A stretch of 32,000 nucleotides of DNA from Bellilinea caldifistulae. Lineage in GTDB: Bacteria; Chloroflexota; Anaerolineae; Anaerolineales; Anaerolineaceae. The position numbers and the translations under genes are program-made. Shown piece after piece: positions 18,455 to 26,954 of the stretch. Position 1 is the stretch's first letter. Each line of letters starts with the position of its first letter. The notes under the pieces are model-generated. The model did no database searches and was not told the DNA's origin. It worked only from the letters and a program-made list of their open reading frames with translations. The stretch spans positions 28,867-60,866 of the forward strand of contig NZ_LGHJ01000004.1 in NCBI RefSeq assembly GCF_001306055.1. Reading direction: 5' to 3'.

Positions 18455-19531
18455 GTGATTTTGGAAACTTATCGTGGCGTTATTGAACGGTATCGAGAAT
18501 GGCTGGATGTGCCTGATCATCTGCAAGTGATCAGTCTTCTCGAAGGCAATACTCCCCTGATTCCCATGCCAAGACTGGCGGAAGAATTGGGTGGCGGGTT
18601 TGACCTGTGGGTAAAGTTTGAGGGGATGAACCCGACCGGTTCTTTCAAGGATCGCGGGATGACGGTGGCGATCAGCGAGGCGGTAGGTCGGGGGGTGAAG
18701 GCGGTGATTTGCGCTTCGACCGGCAATACGGCAGCCTCGGCAGCAGCATACGCATCCCGCGCCGGCCGGCGTGCGATTGTGATTATTCCGCAGGGCAAAG
18801 TGGCAGCCGGAAAACTGGCTGGCGCGATTGCCTACGGTGCCGATGTCATTCAAATTGACGGTTCATTTGATGATGCCCTCAATCTGGTAGTGGAAATCAG
18901 CCAGAAACATCCGATTGGGCTGGTTAATTCGCTCAATCCATACCGTTTGGAAGGGCAGAAAACGGCTGCTTTTGAAATTTGCGATGTGCTTCAAGGTGCG
19001 CCTGATTGGCTTTGCCTGCCCGTTGGGAATGCTGGCAACATCACCTCTTACTGGATGGGTTTCCGCCAGTATCATCAAGCCAGACAAAGCGGGTTACCGA
19101 AATTACTGGGAGTGCAGGCTGAGGGGGCTGCGCCGCTGGTGTTGGGACATGCGGTGGAGCATCCTGAAACCGTGGCGACTGCGATTCGGATCGGCCGGCC
19201 AGCACGCGGGGAACAAGCCTTACAGGCAGCCGAGGAGTCGGGTGGCAAAATCATCGCGGTCAGTGATGATCAAATCTTGCAAATGCAACGCCGTTTAGCC
19301 TTGCATGGGTTGTGGGTTGAGCCGGCCTCGGCAGCTGGTTTGGCAGGACTGGCACAGGAGATCCGCCAACAACGGCTCAATCTCAAGGGTAAACGGGTGG
19401 TGGCGGTCTGCACGGGGCATGGACTAAAAGACCCGGACATTATTGTCAGGCAATTCAGCAGCCCCAAAATTGTCAAACCGGAATTAAGAAGTCTGGAAGA
19501 GATCATCTTGGGGGAGGTCAGCCATGAATGA
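18455..19531 (+). CDS. thrC: Threonine synthase
   Basis: 358 aa. PLP-lysine motif NPTGSFKDRGMT and STGNTAASAAAYA. GTG start as in the track; the exact start is uncertain. Confidence 0.92.
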   Translation: MILETYRGVIERYREWLDVPDHLQVISLLEGNTPLIPMPRLAEELGGGFDLWVKFEGMNPTGSFKDRGMTVAISEAVGRGVKAVICASTGNTAASAAAYASRAGRRAIVIIPQGKVAAGKLAGAIAYGADVIQIDGSFDDALNLVVEISQKHPIGLVNSLNPYRLEGQKTAAFEICDVLQGAPDWLCLPVGNAGNITSYWMGFRQYHQARQSGLPKLLGVQAEGAAPLVLGHAVEHPETVATAIRIGRPARGEQALQAAEESGGKIIAVSDDQILQMQRRLALHGLWVEPASAAGLAGLAQEIRQQRLNLKGKRVVAVCTGHGLKDPDIIVRQFSSPKIVKPELRSLEEIILGEVSHE

Positions 19532-20423
19532 ATTGGTGGTAACGGTACCGGCAAGTTCTGCCAATTTGGGGCCGGGTTTTGATTGTTTGGGGCTTGCGCT
19601 GGATTTGTGGAATACAACAACCTTTCGACTGGGCGGAGATGGAATCAGGGTTCATGTGGAGGGAGAGGGTGCCGGTAAATTGCCCGAAGATACGGGCAAT
19701 CTGGTTGTACAGGCGTTTACAACCCTGTATGTTCGCCGGGAAGCGACCATGCCGCGCGATCTGCAAGTCGAATGTCATAATCTTATCCCAATCGAGTCAG
19801 GGTTAGGATCCAGTACCGCCGCAATTTTGACGGGACTAATCGCTGCCAATTTCTTCCTGGGGCAACCCCTTACCCGATTGGAGTTGCTGCGCATGACGAT
19901 TGACATTGAGGGTCATGCCGATAATGCTGCTGCCGCACTCTTTGGCGGATTGGTACTTGTGGCCTCCGATCTTCATCCTCCCATCGTCCGATCGTATACT
20001 TTACCCGCTTTGAATCTTGTGGTGGTTGTCCCAAAGGTGGATTTGTCTACCCGCGAGGCGCGCAAATTACTGCCGGCAATGGTTGAGCGCTGTGATGCGA
20101 TATTTAACCTCAATCGTACCGCACTGGTGATTGATGCCCTGCGTGAAGGCGACCGAAAGTTGTTGATGACTGCCATGGATGATCGTCTGCACCAACCCTA
20201 TCGCTTCCCCTTGATCCCCGGCAGCCAGGCTGCCATTCGAGCCGCCAATGAACTGGGAGCCGCTGCAGCGCTTTCCGGTGCAGGGCCAAGCGTGATTGCT
20301 TTTGCCAACGACAATGCCAACGCCGTAGCCCAGACGATGCAAGCTGCCTTTCGCGCAGCGGGGGTCGAATCACGTTGCTACCATTTGACTCCGACCATGA
20401 AAGCCGCTCATTGGTACGGATAA
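19524..20423 (+). CDS. thrB: Homoserine kinase
   Basis: 299 aa. N-terminal VPASSANLGPGFDCLGLAL and GHMP motif PIESGLGSSTAA. Overlaps the thrC stop by 8 nt. Confidence 0.92.
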   Translation: MNELVVTVPASSANLGPGFDCLGLALDLWNTTTFRLGGDGIRVHVEGEGAGKLPEDTGNLVVQAFTTLYVRREATMPRDLQVECHNLIPIESGLGSSTAAILTGLIAANFFLGQPLTRLELLRMTIDIEGHADNAAAALFGGLVLVASDLHPPIVRSYTLPALNLVVVVPKVDLSTREARKLLPAMVERCDAIFNLNRTALVIDALREGDRKLLMTAMDDRLHQPYRFPLIPGSQAAIRAANELGAAAALSGAGPSVIAFANDNANAVAQTMQAAFRAAGVESRCYHLTPTMKAAHWYG

Positions 20424-20448
20424 GAACTTCAGAATTCCAAATTTTTTC

Positions 20449-20477
20449 TAGACAAAAAAACATCTTTCGAGTAAAAT
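20449..20477 (+). promoter_or_regulatory. Sigma70-type promoter candidate TAGACA-17 nt-TAAAAT upstream of rpsT
   Basis: TAGACA at 20449..20454, a 17-nt spacer, TAAAAT at 20472..20477, about 40 nt upstream of the rpsT start. Confidence 0.45.
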
Positions 20478-20519
20478 TGGCTTTCGCAATGGATTGAACG
20501 TTTTTTTGGAGGAAGTAAT

Positions 20520-20786
20520 TTGGCTAACATAAAGTCACAAATCAAGCGCAATAAACAAAACGAAAAACGCCGTCTTCGCAATCGCTTTTTCCGCGGTGCG
20601 GCCCGAAAAGCCGTTTCCAAAGCCCGGGTGGCCATTGAAAGCGGTGAAACTCCCGAAGCCCGCGAGGCCGTTGTTTTGGCAGTTAAAGCCCTAGATAAGG
20701 CTGCGGAAAAAGGCGTGATTCACAAAAACAACGCCGCGCGCCGCAAAAGCCGCTTGATGAAGCGCCTGGCTGCTCTCAGCAAGTAG
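20520..20786 (+). CDS. rpsT: 30S ribosomal protein S20
   Basis: 88 aa. The ANIKSQIKRNKQNEKRRLRNR N-terminus is typical of S20. TTG start codon, with GGAGG 7 nt upstream. Confidence 0.92.
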   Translation: MANIKSQIKRNKQNEKRRLRNRFFRGAARKAVSKARVAIESGETPEAREAVVLAVKALDKAAEKGVIHKNNAARRKSRLMKRLAALSK

Positions 20787-20818
20787 AATTACCTTTTTTT
20801 TGATGATGATTTAATGAT

Positions 20819-20849
20819 AGCGGGAGTTGTATCTCCCGCTTTTGATTTT
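20819..20849 (+). terminator. Rho-independent terminator of rpsT
   Basis: AGCGGGAG-ttgtat-CTCCCGCT (8-bp GC-rich stem) is followed directly by TTTGATTTTG. Confidence 0.7.
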
Positions 20850-20875
20850 GTGGCATCCATCGGGAAGTCGGGGCG

Positions 20876-20884
20876 TGTTATAAT
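20876..20884 (+). promoter_or_regulatory. Extended -10 promoter element TGtTATAAT upstream of argS
   Basis: TGTTATAAT at 20876..20884, 41 nt before the argS ATG. The -35 is poor. Confidence 0.4.
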
Positions 20885-20925
20885 TCTCCCGTTCATTTTG
20901 GCATCTTTGGTTAAAGGGTTCAGGC

Positions 20926-22689
20926 ATGTTCGAACGAGAACAGCAAGCAATCACAGAGAAGATCAAGGCTTTTTGTCAGGAAAATCAGCTGCCCGAGGTG
21001 GATTTTCAGTGGAAATGGATACCCTTCAGCGGTCACTGGGGGATTTCCACTTCCTTTTTTCAACTGGCGGCGCTGGAAGCACGGCAAGGCAAAAAAATCA
21101 ATGTGAATGCCCGCGCGGCTGAACTGGCCGCTCAGGTAGCCTCTTATCTGGGAACCCCTCAGGGGTTCGAAAAAATTGAGTCGGTCAATGGCTATTTGAA
21201 TATTTACTTTTTACAAAGTACGTATGCGGAACAGGTAATCAATACGGTATTGCAAGAGGGAGAGAACTTTGGTAGAGGCATCCGCCGCAATGAAAGAGTG
21301 ATGGTGGAGTTTTCTCAGCCTAATACCCATAAAGCCTTTCATGTCGGGCATTTACGGAGCGCAATTTTGGGCGATGTCATCAGCCGGTTGCTGGATTTTG
21401 CCGGTTTCTCTGTGGTGCGCGCCAATTATCCGGGGGATATTGGTCTTCATGTAATCAAGTGGCTGTGGTGCTACATGAATTTTCATCGCGGCGAAAAACC
21501 CACCAGTGACATTACTCGTTGGATGGGAGATATTTATGCCGAAGCCAATCGGCGGCTGGAAGAAAACCCGGAACTGGAAAGCGAGGTTCGGGCACTCTAC
21601 GCTCGCTGGGATCAGCGGGATGCGGAGGTGGTGGCACTGTGGGAAGAAACACGCCAGTGGTCCCTGAATGGGTTTGAAGAAATTTACCGCCAGCTGGATA
21701 TTCACTTTGATGTGTATTATTTCAACAGTCAGGTGGAACATCCCGGTAAAGAGATTGTGAACGAATTGATCGCCAAGGGCATTGCGGTGGATGAGCGACC
21801 GGAGGGACCCGTGGTGGTGAAACTGGATGAGCTGCTCGGTTTGAAGACCGAAAAATACCGTGTTCTGGTGGTCTTGCGCTCAGATAATACCGCCCTTTAT
21901 GCTACCGAAGATTTAGCGCTGGCAAAGAAGAAGTTTACCGATTATCCCGACCTGAGCCGTTCCTATTATGTAGTGGATGTGCGGCAGTCTTTGCATTTCC
22001 AGCAGGTTTTCAAGACGTTGGAGCTGGCGGGTTATGAGTGGGCTACGCGCTGCCAACACATTCCTTATGAACTGGTGATTTTGCCGGGGAATGTGGTAAT
22101 GGCTTCTCGCGAGGGGACGGTTGTATTGTTGGAAGACTTAATCCGCGAGGCAATCGCCCGGGCGCTGGCGGTAGTCCGCGAAAAGAACCCTGATTTGAGC
22201 GATGAGGTCAAACAGAAGATTGCTCAGGCAGTGGGGATTGGCGCCATAAAGTACCCAATGCTGGCGAGGGAGAATACCAAAGTGGTTACCTTTGACTGGC
22301 AGTCGGCCCTCGATTTTAACGGTCAGGCTGCGCCTTATATACAATATGCGTATGTTCGGGCAGGCAGCATATTACGCAAGTCTGGCCAGGCTGTTCCAGA
22401 GGAAGGCAAAGTCACCGGGCCTCTGACGCCGCAAGAAGTCGAATTAATCAACTTAATTTCGCGTTTACCGGCTGAGGTACAGCGCTCAGCCGCTGAACTC
22501 CGACCCCTTTGGATTGCCACCTATGCCTACGAACTGGCCAAAGCGTTTAATGATTTTTATACGCAGTGTCCGGTCTTACAGGCAGAGGAGGCAGTGCGCA
22601 ACTTTCGGTTGCGCCTTACAGCGGCAACACGTCAGGCAATTGCCAACAGCCTGACTTTGCTGGGCATCACAGCCCCACAAGCGATGTGA
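20926..22689 (+). CDS. argS: Arginine--tRNA ligase
   Basis: 587 aa. HIGH-type motif PNTHKAFHVGHLRSA, the DALR anticodon-binding region, and the protein ends in Met as ArgRS typically does. Confidence 0.95.
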   Translation: MFEREQQAITEKIKAFCQENQLPEVDFQWKWIPFSGHWGISTSFFQLAALEARQGKKINVNARAAELAAQVASYLGTPQGFEKIESVNGYLNIYFLQSTYAEQVINTVLQEGENFGRGIRRNERVMVEFSQPNTHKAFHVGHLRSAILGDVISRLLDFAGFSVVRANYPGDIGLHVIKWLWCYMNFHRGEKPTSDITRWMGDIYAEANRRLEENPELESEVRALYARWDQRDAEVVALWEETRQWSLNGFEEIYRQLDIHFDVYYFNSQVEHPGKEIVNELIAKGIAVDERPEGPVVVKLDELLGLKTEKYRVLVVLRSDNTALYATEDLALAKKKFTDYPDLSRSYYVVDVRQSLHFQQVFKTLELAGYEWATRCQHIPYELVILPGNVVMASREGTVVLLEDLIREAIARALAVVREKNPDLSDEVKQKIAQAVGIGAIKYPMLARENTKVVTFDWQSALDFNGQAAPYIQYAYVRAGSILRKSGQAVPEEGKVTGPLTPQEVELINLISRLPAEVQRSAAELRPLWIATYAYELAKAFNDFYTQCPVLQAEEAVRNFRLRLTAATRQAIANSLTLLGITAPQAM

Positions 22690-22735
22690 ACAGATTCTCA
22701 ATCTCATTCACATTCAAAAAGGAGAAACAAAAAGT

Positions 22736-24052
22736 ATGGCTATTCGAACGATCATCATGGGTGCAGCGGGAAGAGACTTTCATAATTTCAACGTCTTTTT
22801 CCGCGACAATTCGGACTATCAGGTAGTCGCTTTCACGGCGACCCAGATTCCGAACATCGAAGGCCGCCGCTACCCGGCCGAACTGGCGGGCAGCCTCTAT
22901 CCAGAAGGCATTCCGATTTATCCGGAAAGCGAACTGACTGATTTGATCCGCACTTTGAAAGCAGACCAGGTGGTTTTTGCTTACAGTGATGTTTCTCATG
23001 AATATGTTATGCACAAAGCTTCGGAAGTGTTGGCAGCCGGAGCGGATTTCCGGTTGATGGGCGTTAAGGGAACTCAGCTCAAATCCAGCAAACCGGTTGT
23101 TTCGGTTTGTGCGGTGCGAACCGGTTCAGGCAAGAGCCAGACCACCCGCCGTGTCTCCAAGATTCTGATCAATCTGGGGTTTAAAGTGGCGGCGATTCGC
23201 CACCCCATGCCCTATGGTGATCTGGTCAAACAAGCGGTGCAGCGCTTTGCCGATTACAGCGATCTGGATAAACATCAATGCACAATTGAGGAACGCGAGG
23301 AATATGAACCACATCTGGATAATGGCGTGATTGTTTACGCCGGTGTGGATTACGAACGTATTCTGAGACAGGCTGAGCAGGAAGTGGATATTATCCTGTG
23401 GGATGGCGGAAACAACGATTTTCCATTCTACCAGGATGATTTGGCGATTGTGGTTGCCGACCCTCACCGCCCCGGACATGAGGTGCGCTATCACCCCGGT
23501 GAGACCAACGTCCGCCGGGCGGATGTATTCGTCATCAACAAAGTGGACACGGCCAGCCCAGATGCGGTTATCGCTGTGCGGGAAAGCCTGTCAGCGCTTA
23601 ATCCCCAAGCCACGATTATTGAAGGTGCCTCCCCCTTATTCGTGGATCGCCCGGAGGAAATCCGCGGCAAACGGGTGTTGGTGATTGAGGATGGCCCGAC
23701 CCTGACCCATGGCGAGATGGCCTACGGCGCGGGCTGGGTGGCTGCCCGAAGGTTCGGAGCTGCCGAAATTGTTGACCCACGCCCATTTGCAGTCGGTTCA
23801 ATTGCTGCGACCTATCAGAAATACACCACTACTGGACCGATCCTGCCGGCCATGGGCTACGGCGAAGAACAAATGCGTGATCTGGAGCAAACGATCAATC
23901 AATCCGATGTGGACCTGGTCATTTCTGCAACGCCGATTGACTTGAACCGTGTGATTAAGATCCGTAAACCAATGCAGCGCGTACGCTATGAATTACAGGA
24001 AATTGGGCAGCCCACCCTGGAAGATATTTTAAAAGCCAGGTTTGTCAAGTAG
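22736..24052 (+). CDS. COG2403-type P-loop NTPase, cyclic 2,3-diphosphoglycerate synthetase-like
   Basis: 438 aa. N-terminus IIMGAAGRDFHNFNVFFRDN, Walker A CAVRTGSGKSQTT, Walker-B-like ILWDGGNND, G4-like VINKVD. I recognised the family from memory and did not verify it by search. Confidence 0.65.
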   Translation: MAIRTIIMGAAGRDFHNFNVFFRDNSDYQVVAFTATQIPNIEGRRYPAELAGSLYPEGIPIYPESELTDLIRTLKADQVVFAYSDVSHEYVMHKASEVLAAGADFRLMGVKGTQLKSSKPVVSVCAVRTGSGKSQTTRRVSKILINLGFKVAAIRHPMPYGDLVKQAVQRFADYSDLDKHQCTIEEREEYEPHLDNGVIVYAGVDYERILRQAEQEVDIILWDGGNNDFPFYQDDLAIVVADPHRPGHEVRYHPGETNVRRADVFVINKVDTASPDAVIAVRESLSALNPQATIIEGASPLFVDRPEEIRGKRVLVIEDGPTLTHGEMAYGAGWVAARRFGAAEIVDPRPFAVGSIAATYQKYTTTGPILPAMGYGEEQMRDLEQTINQSDVDLVISATPIDLNRVIKIRKPMQRVRYELQEIGQPTLEDILKARFVK

Positions 24053-24073
24053 GCTGTTTTTCTGATCATGAGA

Positions 24074-24109
24074 CCTTCCCCCATTCTGTAACTTGAGAAT
24101 GGGGGAAGG
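24074..24109 (+). promoter_or_regulatory. Perfect 14-bp hairpin between the cDPGS-like gene and obg
   Basis: CCTTCCCCCATTCT (24074..24087) is the exact reverse complement of AGAATGGGGGAAGG (24096..24109), with an 8-nt loop. No U-tract follows. It lies 25 nt upstream of the obg ATG. Confidence 0.4.
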
Positions 24110-24134
24110 CAAAGGCAGATGGTCTGGTAAACCC

Positions 24135-25403
24135 ATGTTCATTGACGAGGCGGTAATCTATGTTCGATCCGGAAAAGGGGGAGATGGTTTTGTCCATTTT
24201 CACTGGGAAAAGTATGTTAACCGCGGCGGGCCGGATGGCGGCGATGGCGGGCGCGGTGGTGATGTTGTTCTGGAAGTCGTGCCAACCCTGAACACGCTGG
24301 TAAATTTTCGTTATCAGCGTAAGTTTATTGCTCAGGACGGCGCTAAAGGGGGTGTTAACAACATGACCGGCAAATCTGCACCGGACTTGATCATTCCCGT
24401 TCCTCCTGGCACGGTTGTGTATGATGCTGATTCCGGTAAATTGCTCGGTGACCTGGTTGAGGCCGGCCAACGGTTGGTGGTGTGTAAAGGCGGACGCGGT
24501 GGACGCGGGAATGCTCGTTTTGCCACACCCCGCAACCAGGCTCCGCGAATTGCCGAAAAGGGTGAACCGGGTGAAGAACGTAATCTGCGATTGGAGTTGA
24601 AACTGATTGCGGATGTGGGAATTGTGGGTGTGCCGAACGCGGGTAAATCCAGTTTTCTGGCGGCCGTGACCAATGCCAAACCAAAAATTGCGGATTACCC
24701 TTTTACTACCCTTGAACCGAACCTGGGTGTTGCCGATTTGGATGAACATACCAGCCTGATTCTGGCGGATATCCCCGGTTTGATTGAAGGAGCCCATCAG
24801 GGAGTTGGTTTGGGTGATGCCTTTTTACGGCACATTCAGCGCACCCGGGTACTCATCCACCTGCTGGATGGTCTTTCTGCCGACCCGTTGGCTGATTTCA
24901 GTCAGATCAATGCTGAACTGGCGCTGTTTGATCCGCAGTTATTGCAAAAACCCATGATTGTGGCGCTCAATAAGATGGATTTGCCCGAAGTCCAGGCCCG
25001 CTGGGAAACCATTAAGACGGAATTGCAGAAAAAAGGAGTGCAAGAGCCATATGCCATATCGGCTCTGGCAAAAATTGGACTGGAACCGGTGTTGTGGCGC
25101 TGCGTGGAACTGCTTAAAACTGCGCCGGAGACTCAAAAGCCTGAGAAATTGCCGGTGTATCGCCCCGGGGATGATCCGCGCGAATTTACGGTCACCCGCA
25201 CACCGGATGGCGGTTTCAAGGTCCAGGGAGCAGCCATTGAGCGGGCAGCGGCGATGACTTACTGGGAATTTGAAGGTTCGGTGCGCCGTTTTCAGCGGAT
25301 GATTGAGCGATTGGGAGTTGAAGACAAGCTGCGTGAAATGGGTATTCAAAACGGCGATACCGTCTATATTGGGGATGAGTACGAACTGGAATGGCAGGAA
25401 TGA
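24135..25403 (+). CDS. obg: GTPase Obg/CgtA
   Basis: MFIDEAVIYVRSGKGGDGFVHF plus the glycine-rich GGPDGGDGGRGGDV Obg fold. G1 GVPNAGKS, G3 DIPGLIEGA, G4 NKMD. A C-terminal OCT-like domain is present. ATG 24135 is preferred over TTG 24093. Confidence 0.93.
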   Translation: MFIDEAVIYVRSGKGGDGFVHFHWEKYVNRGGPDGGDGGRGGDVVLEVVPTLNTLVNFRYQRKFIAQDGAKGGVNNMTGKSAPDLIIPVPPGTVVYDADSGKLLGDLVEAGQRLVVCKGGRGGRGNARFATPRNQAPRIAEKGEPGEERNLRLELKLIADVGIVGVPNAGKSSFLAAVTNAKPKIADYPFTTLEPNLGVADLDEHTSLILADIPGLIEGAHQGVGLGDAFLRHIQRTRVLIHLLDGLSADPLADFSQINAELALFDPQLLQKPMIVALNKMDLPEVQARWETIKTELQKKGVQEPYAISALAKIGLEPVLWRCVELLKTAPETQKPEKLPVYRPGDDPREFTVTRTPDGGFKVQGAAIERAAAMTYWEFEGSVRRFQRMIERLGVEDKLREMGIQNGDTVYIGDEYELEWQE

Positions 25404-26035
25404 AAGCCCAGCGGATTGGTGTATTTGGCGGCACGTTCGACCCACCCCATGTCGGACATCTTATTCTGGCTGCCGAGGCGCAAGATCAGCTACGACTTGA
25501 CCGTTTGTTATGGGTCTTGACTCCCGATCCACCTCATAAACAGGATCAAAGCATTTCTCCGCTGTCCATCCGCATGAAATTACTGCTGGCGGCAATCGGT
25601 GATAATCCTTCTTTTGAGTTATGCCGGGTAGATATGGAGCGCCCCGGGCCGCATTATGCGGTGGATACCGTTCAAATTCTAAAAGGTCAATTTCCATCCT
25701 CGGAAATTTATTACCTGATCGGCGGTGATTCGTTGCATGACCTGCCGACATGGCATCAACCCCAGCGGCTGATTCACTTGATAGACGGATTGGGGGTCAT
25801 GCGCCGGCCGGGGGATGAGGTGGATTTGCGCGAATTGGAGCAAAAAATTCCCGGTTTGACGGTCAAAGTTTGTTTTATTGAGGCGCCATTATTAGAAATT
25901 TCGGCACGTCAAATTCGTCAGCGGATTTCGGCAGGTCGTGCTTATCGGTATTATGTTCCCCCGGCGGTTTACCGTTTGATTGAAGAATTGGGCATCTATC
26001 ACCTGCCGTTTTCTTCCCGTCAAGAAGCATCATGA
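25400..26035 (+). CDS. nadD: Nicotinate-nucleotide adenylyltransferase
   Basis: RIGVFGGTFDPPHVGHL (H/T-x-G-H motif), about 210 aa. ATG 25400 forms an ATGA overlap with the obg stop; ATG 25391 is the alternative start. Confidence 0.9.
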   Translation: MKAQRIGVFGGTFDPPHVGHLILAAEAQDQLRLDRLLWVLTPDPPHKQDQSISPLSIRMKLLLAAIGDNPSFELCRVDMERPGPHYAVDTVQILKGQFPSSEIYYLIGGDSLHDLPTWHQPQRLIHLIDGLGVMRRPGDEVDLRELEQKIPGLTVKVCFIEAPLLEISARQIRQRISAGRAYRYYVPPAVYRLIEELGIYHLPFSSRQEAS

Positions 26036-26952
26036 AAAAGTCTTTGGTTTCAGGAAAAAGCATTCTTTGGGGTATTCTGTTTTGGATATTGGCGGCTTGC
26101 ACCTCTCTGGCGGGGGGTGAACAGGCTATTGAGAACACTCCTACAACCATACTTGCCGCTGACCTGACCAATGATGGTCTGACGGTGGTACCCGGCCGGG
26201 CCTGTCTGTTGGATCGAACCGTGGTCATCCAAACCGACCGGCTGATGGGGGATATGCTGGCCTGGTCGAAGGACACCAATCGGCTTGCGTTTATTACCCC
26301 TGTCAATGATAGTTGGGGATGGTACCAGGGAGATCTGGTCATTCTGGATGTTGATAACGGAGAAACACAACGCACCAAAGATATTCGCGTTGCCGGGGAT
26401 TTGACGTGGTCGCCTTCCGGCGAGCAGATTGCGTTTGTGATCCTCCGTCCGGCAGAAGCGCAGTATTCTATCGGGGTATATTCCTTGCGAGATCGAAGAA
26501 CACTTGACCTGTACGATGTGGCTGTGACGGATGAGTTTTCCAGTCTGAAAGGTATTGTCGGCTGGGGCTCAGATCAGGTCCTTCAGGTATCCGAAAGTTG
26601 TGGCGCAGATTGTTTGCGTTATGTGGAACACAATCTGGTTAGCGGTGTAAAGACTGTTGTAGAGGAAACCCGTCCCGGGCAGGACACCAGCCTTCAAATC
26701 GTCCTCAATCAGCCTGGTGTGGTGCCAAACCGCAATTGGCGAAATGCGAACTGGTCTCCGGATGCCCGGCGGGTGTTTTTCACGGATCGTACCAATGTGG
26801 CCTGGATTGGTGATCTGACATCTGGCACAAAATCGGCTCTACCAATGGAAACACTGCCCGTAGCCGAGTCAAAATGGTCGGCTGACGGGCAGTTGATCGC
26901 AGTACGAACCGCTGAAAACCTGTTTATTTTCGCGGTAGATGGCTGCCGTTGA
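26032..26952 (+). CDS. Lipoprotein with PD40/TolB-like beta-propeller repeats
   Basis: Signal peptide plus lipobox ILAACT. Repeated W-S-P/A-D/S-G-x-x-I/V-A/F blades (WSPSGEQIAF, WSPDARRVFF, WSADGQLIAV). ATGA overlap with the nadD stop. Confidence 0.65.
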   Translation: MKKSLVSGKSILWGILFWILAACTSLAGGEQAIENTPTTILAADLTNDGLTVVPGRACLLDRTVVIQTDRLMGDMLAWSKDTNRLAFITPVNDSWGWYQGDLVILDVDNGETQRTKDIRVAGDLTWSPSGEQIAFVILRPAEAQYSIGVYSLRDRRTLDLYDVAVTDEFSSLKGIVGWGSDQVLQVSESCGADCLRYVEHNLVSGVKTVVEETRPGQDTSLQIVLNQPGVVPNRNWRNANWSPDARRVFFTDRTNVAWIGDLTSGTKSALPMETLPVAESKWSADGQLIAVRTAENLFIFAVDGCR

Positions 26953-26954
26953 GT

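Noticed and set aside
20443-20460. TTTTTTCTAGACAAAAAAA near-palindrome after thrB, considered as a terminator
   Set aside because: The stem would be almost purely A-T around a TCTAGA core and is imperfect, so it is too weak to call. The region is better explained by the rpsT promoter (TAGACA is the -35).
20814-21122. 102-aa plus-strand ORF spanning the rpsT-argS intergenic region
   Set aside because: It begins inside the rpsT terminator hairpin, runs through the argS promoter and overlaps argS out of frame. It has no Shine-Dalgarno and no motifs.
24066-24797. 243-aa minus-strand ORF
   Set aside because: It is entirely antisense to the strongly supported obg gene. The translation is low-complexity and Arg/Gly/Thr-rich with no motifs, which is typical of a shadow ORF.
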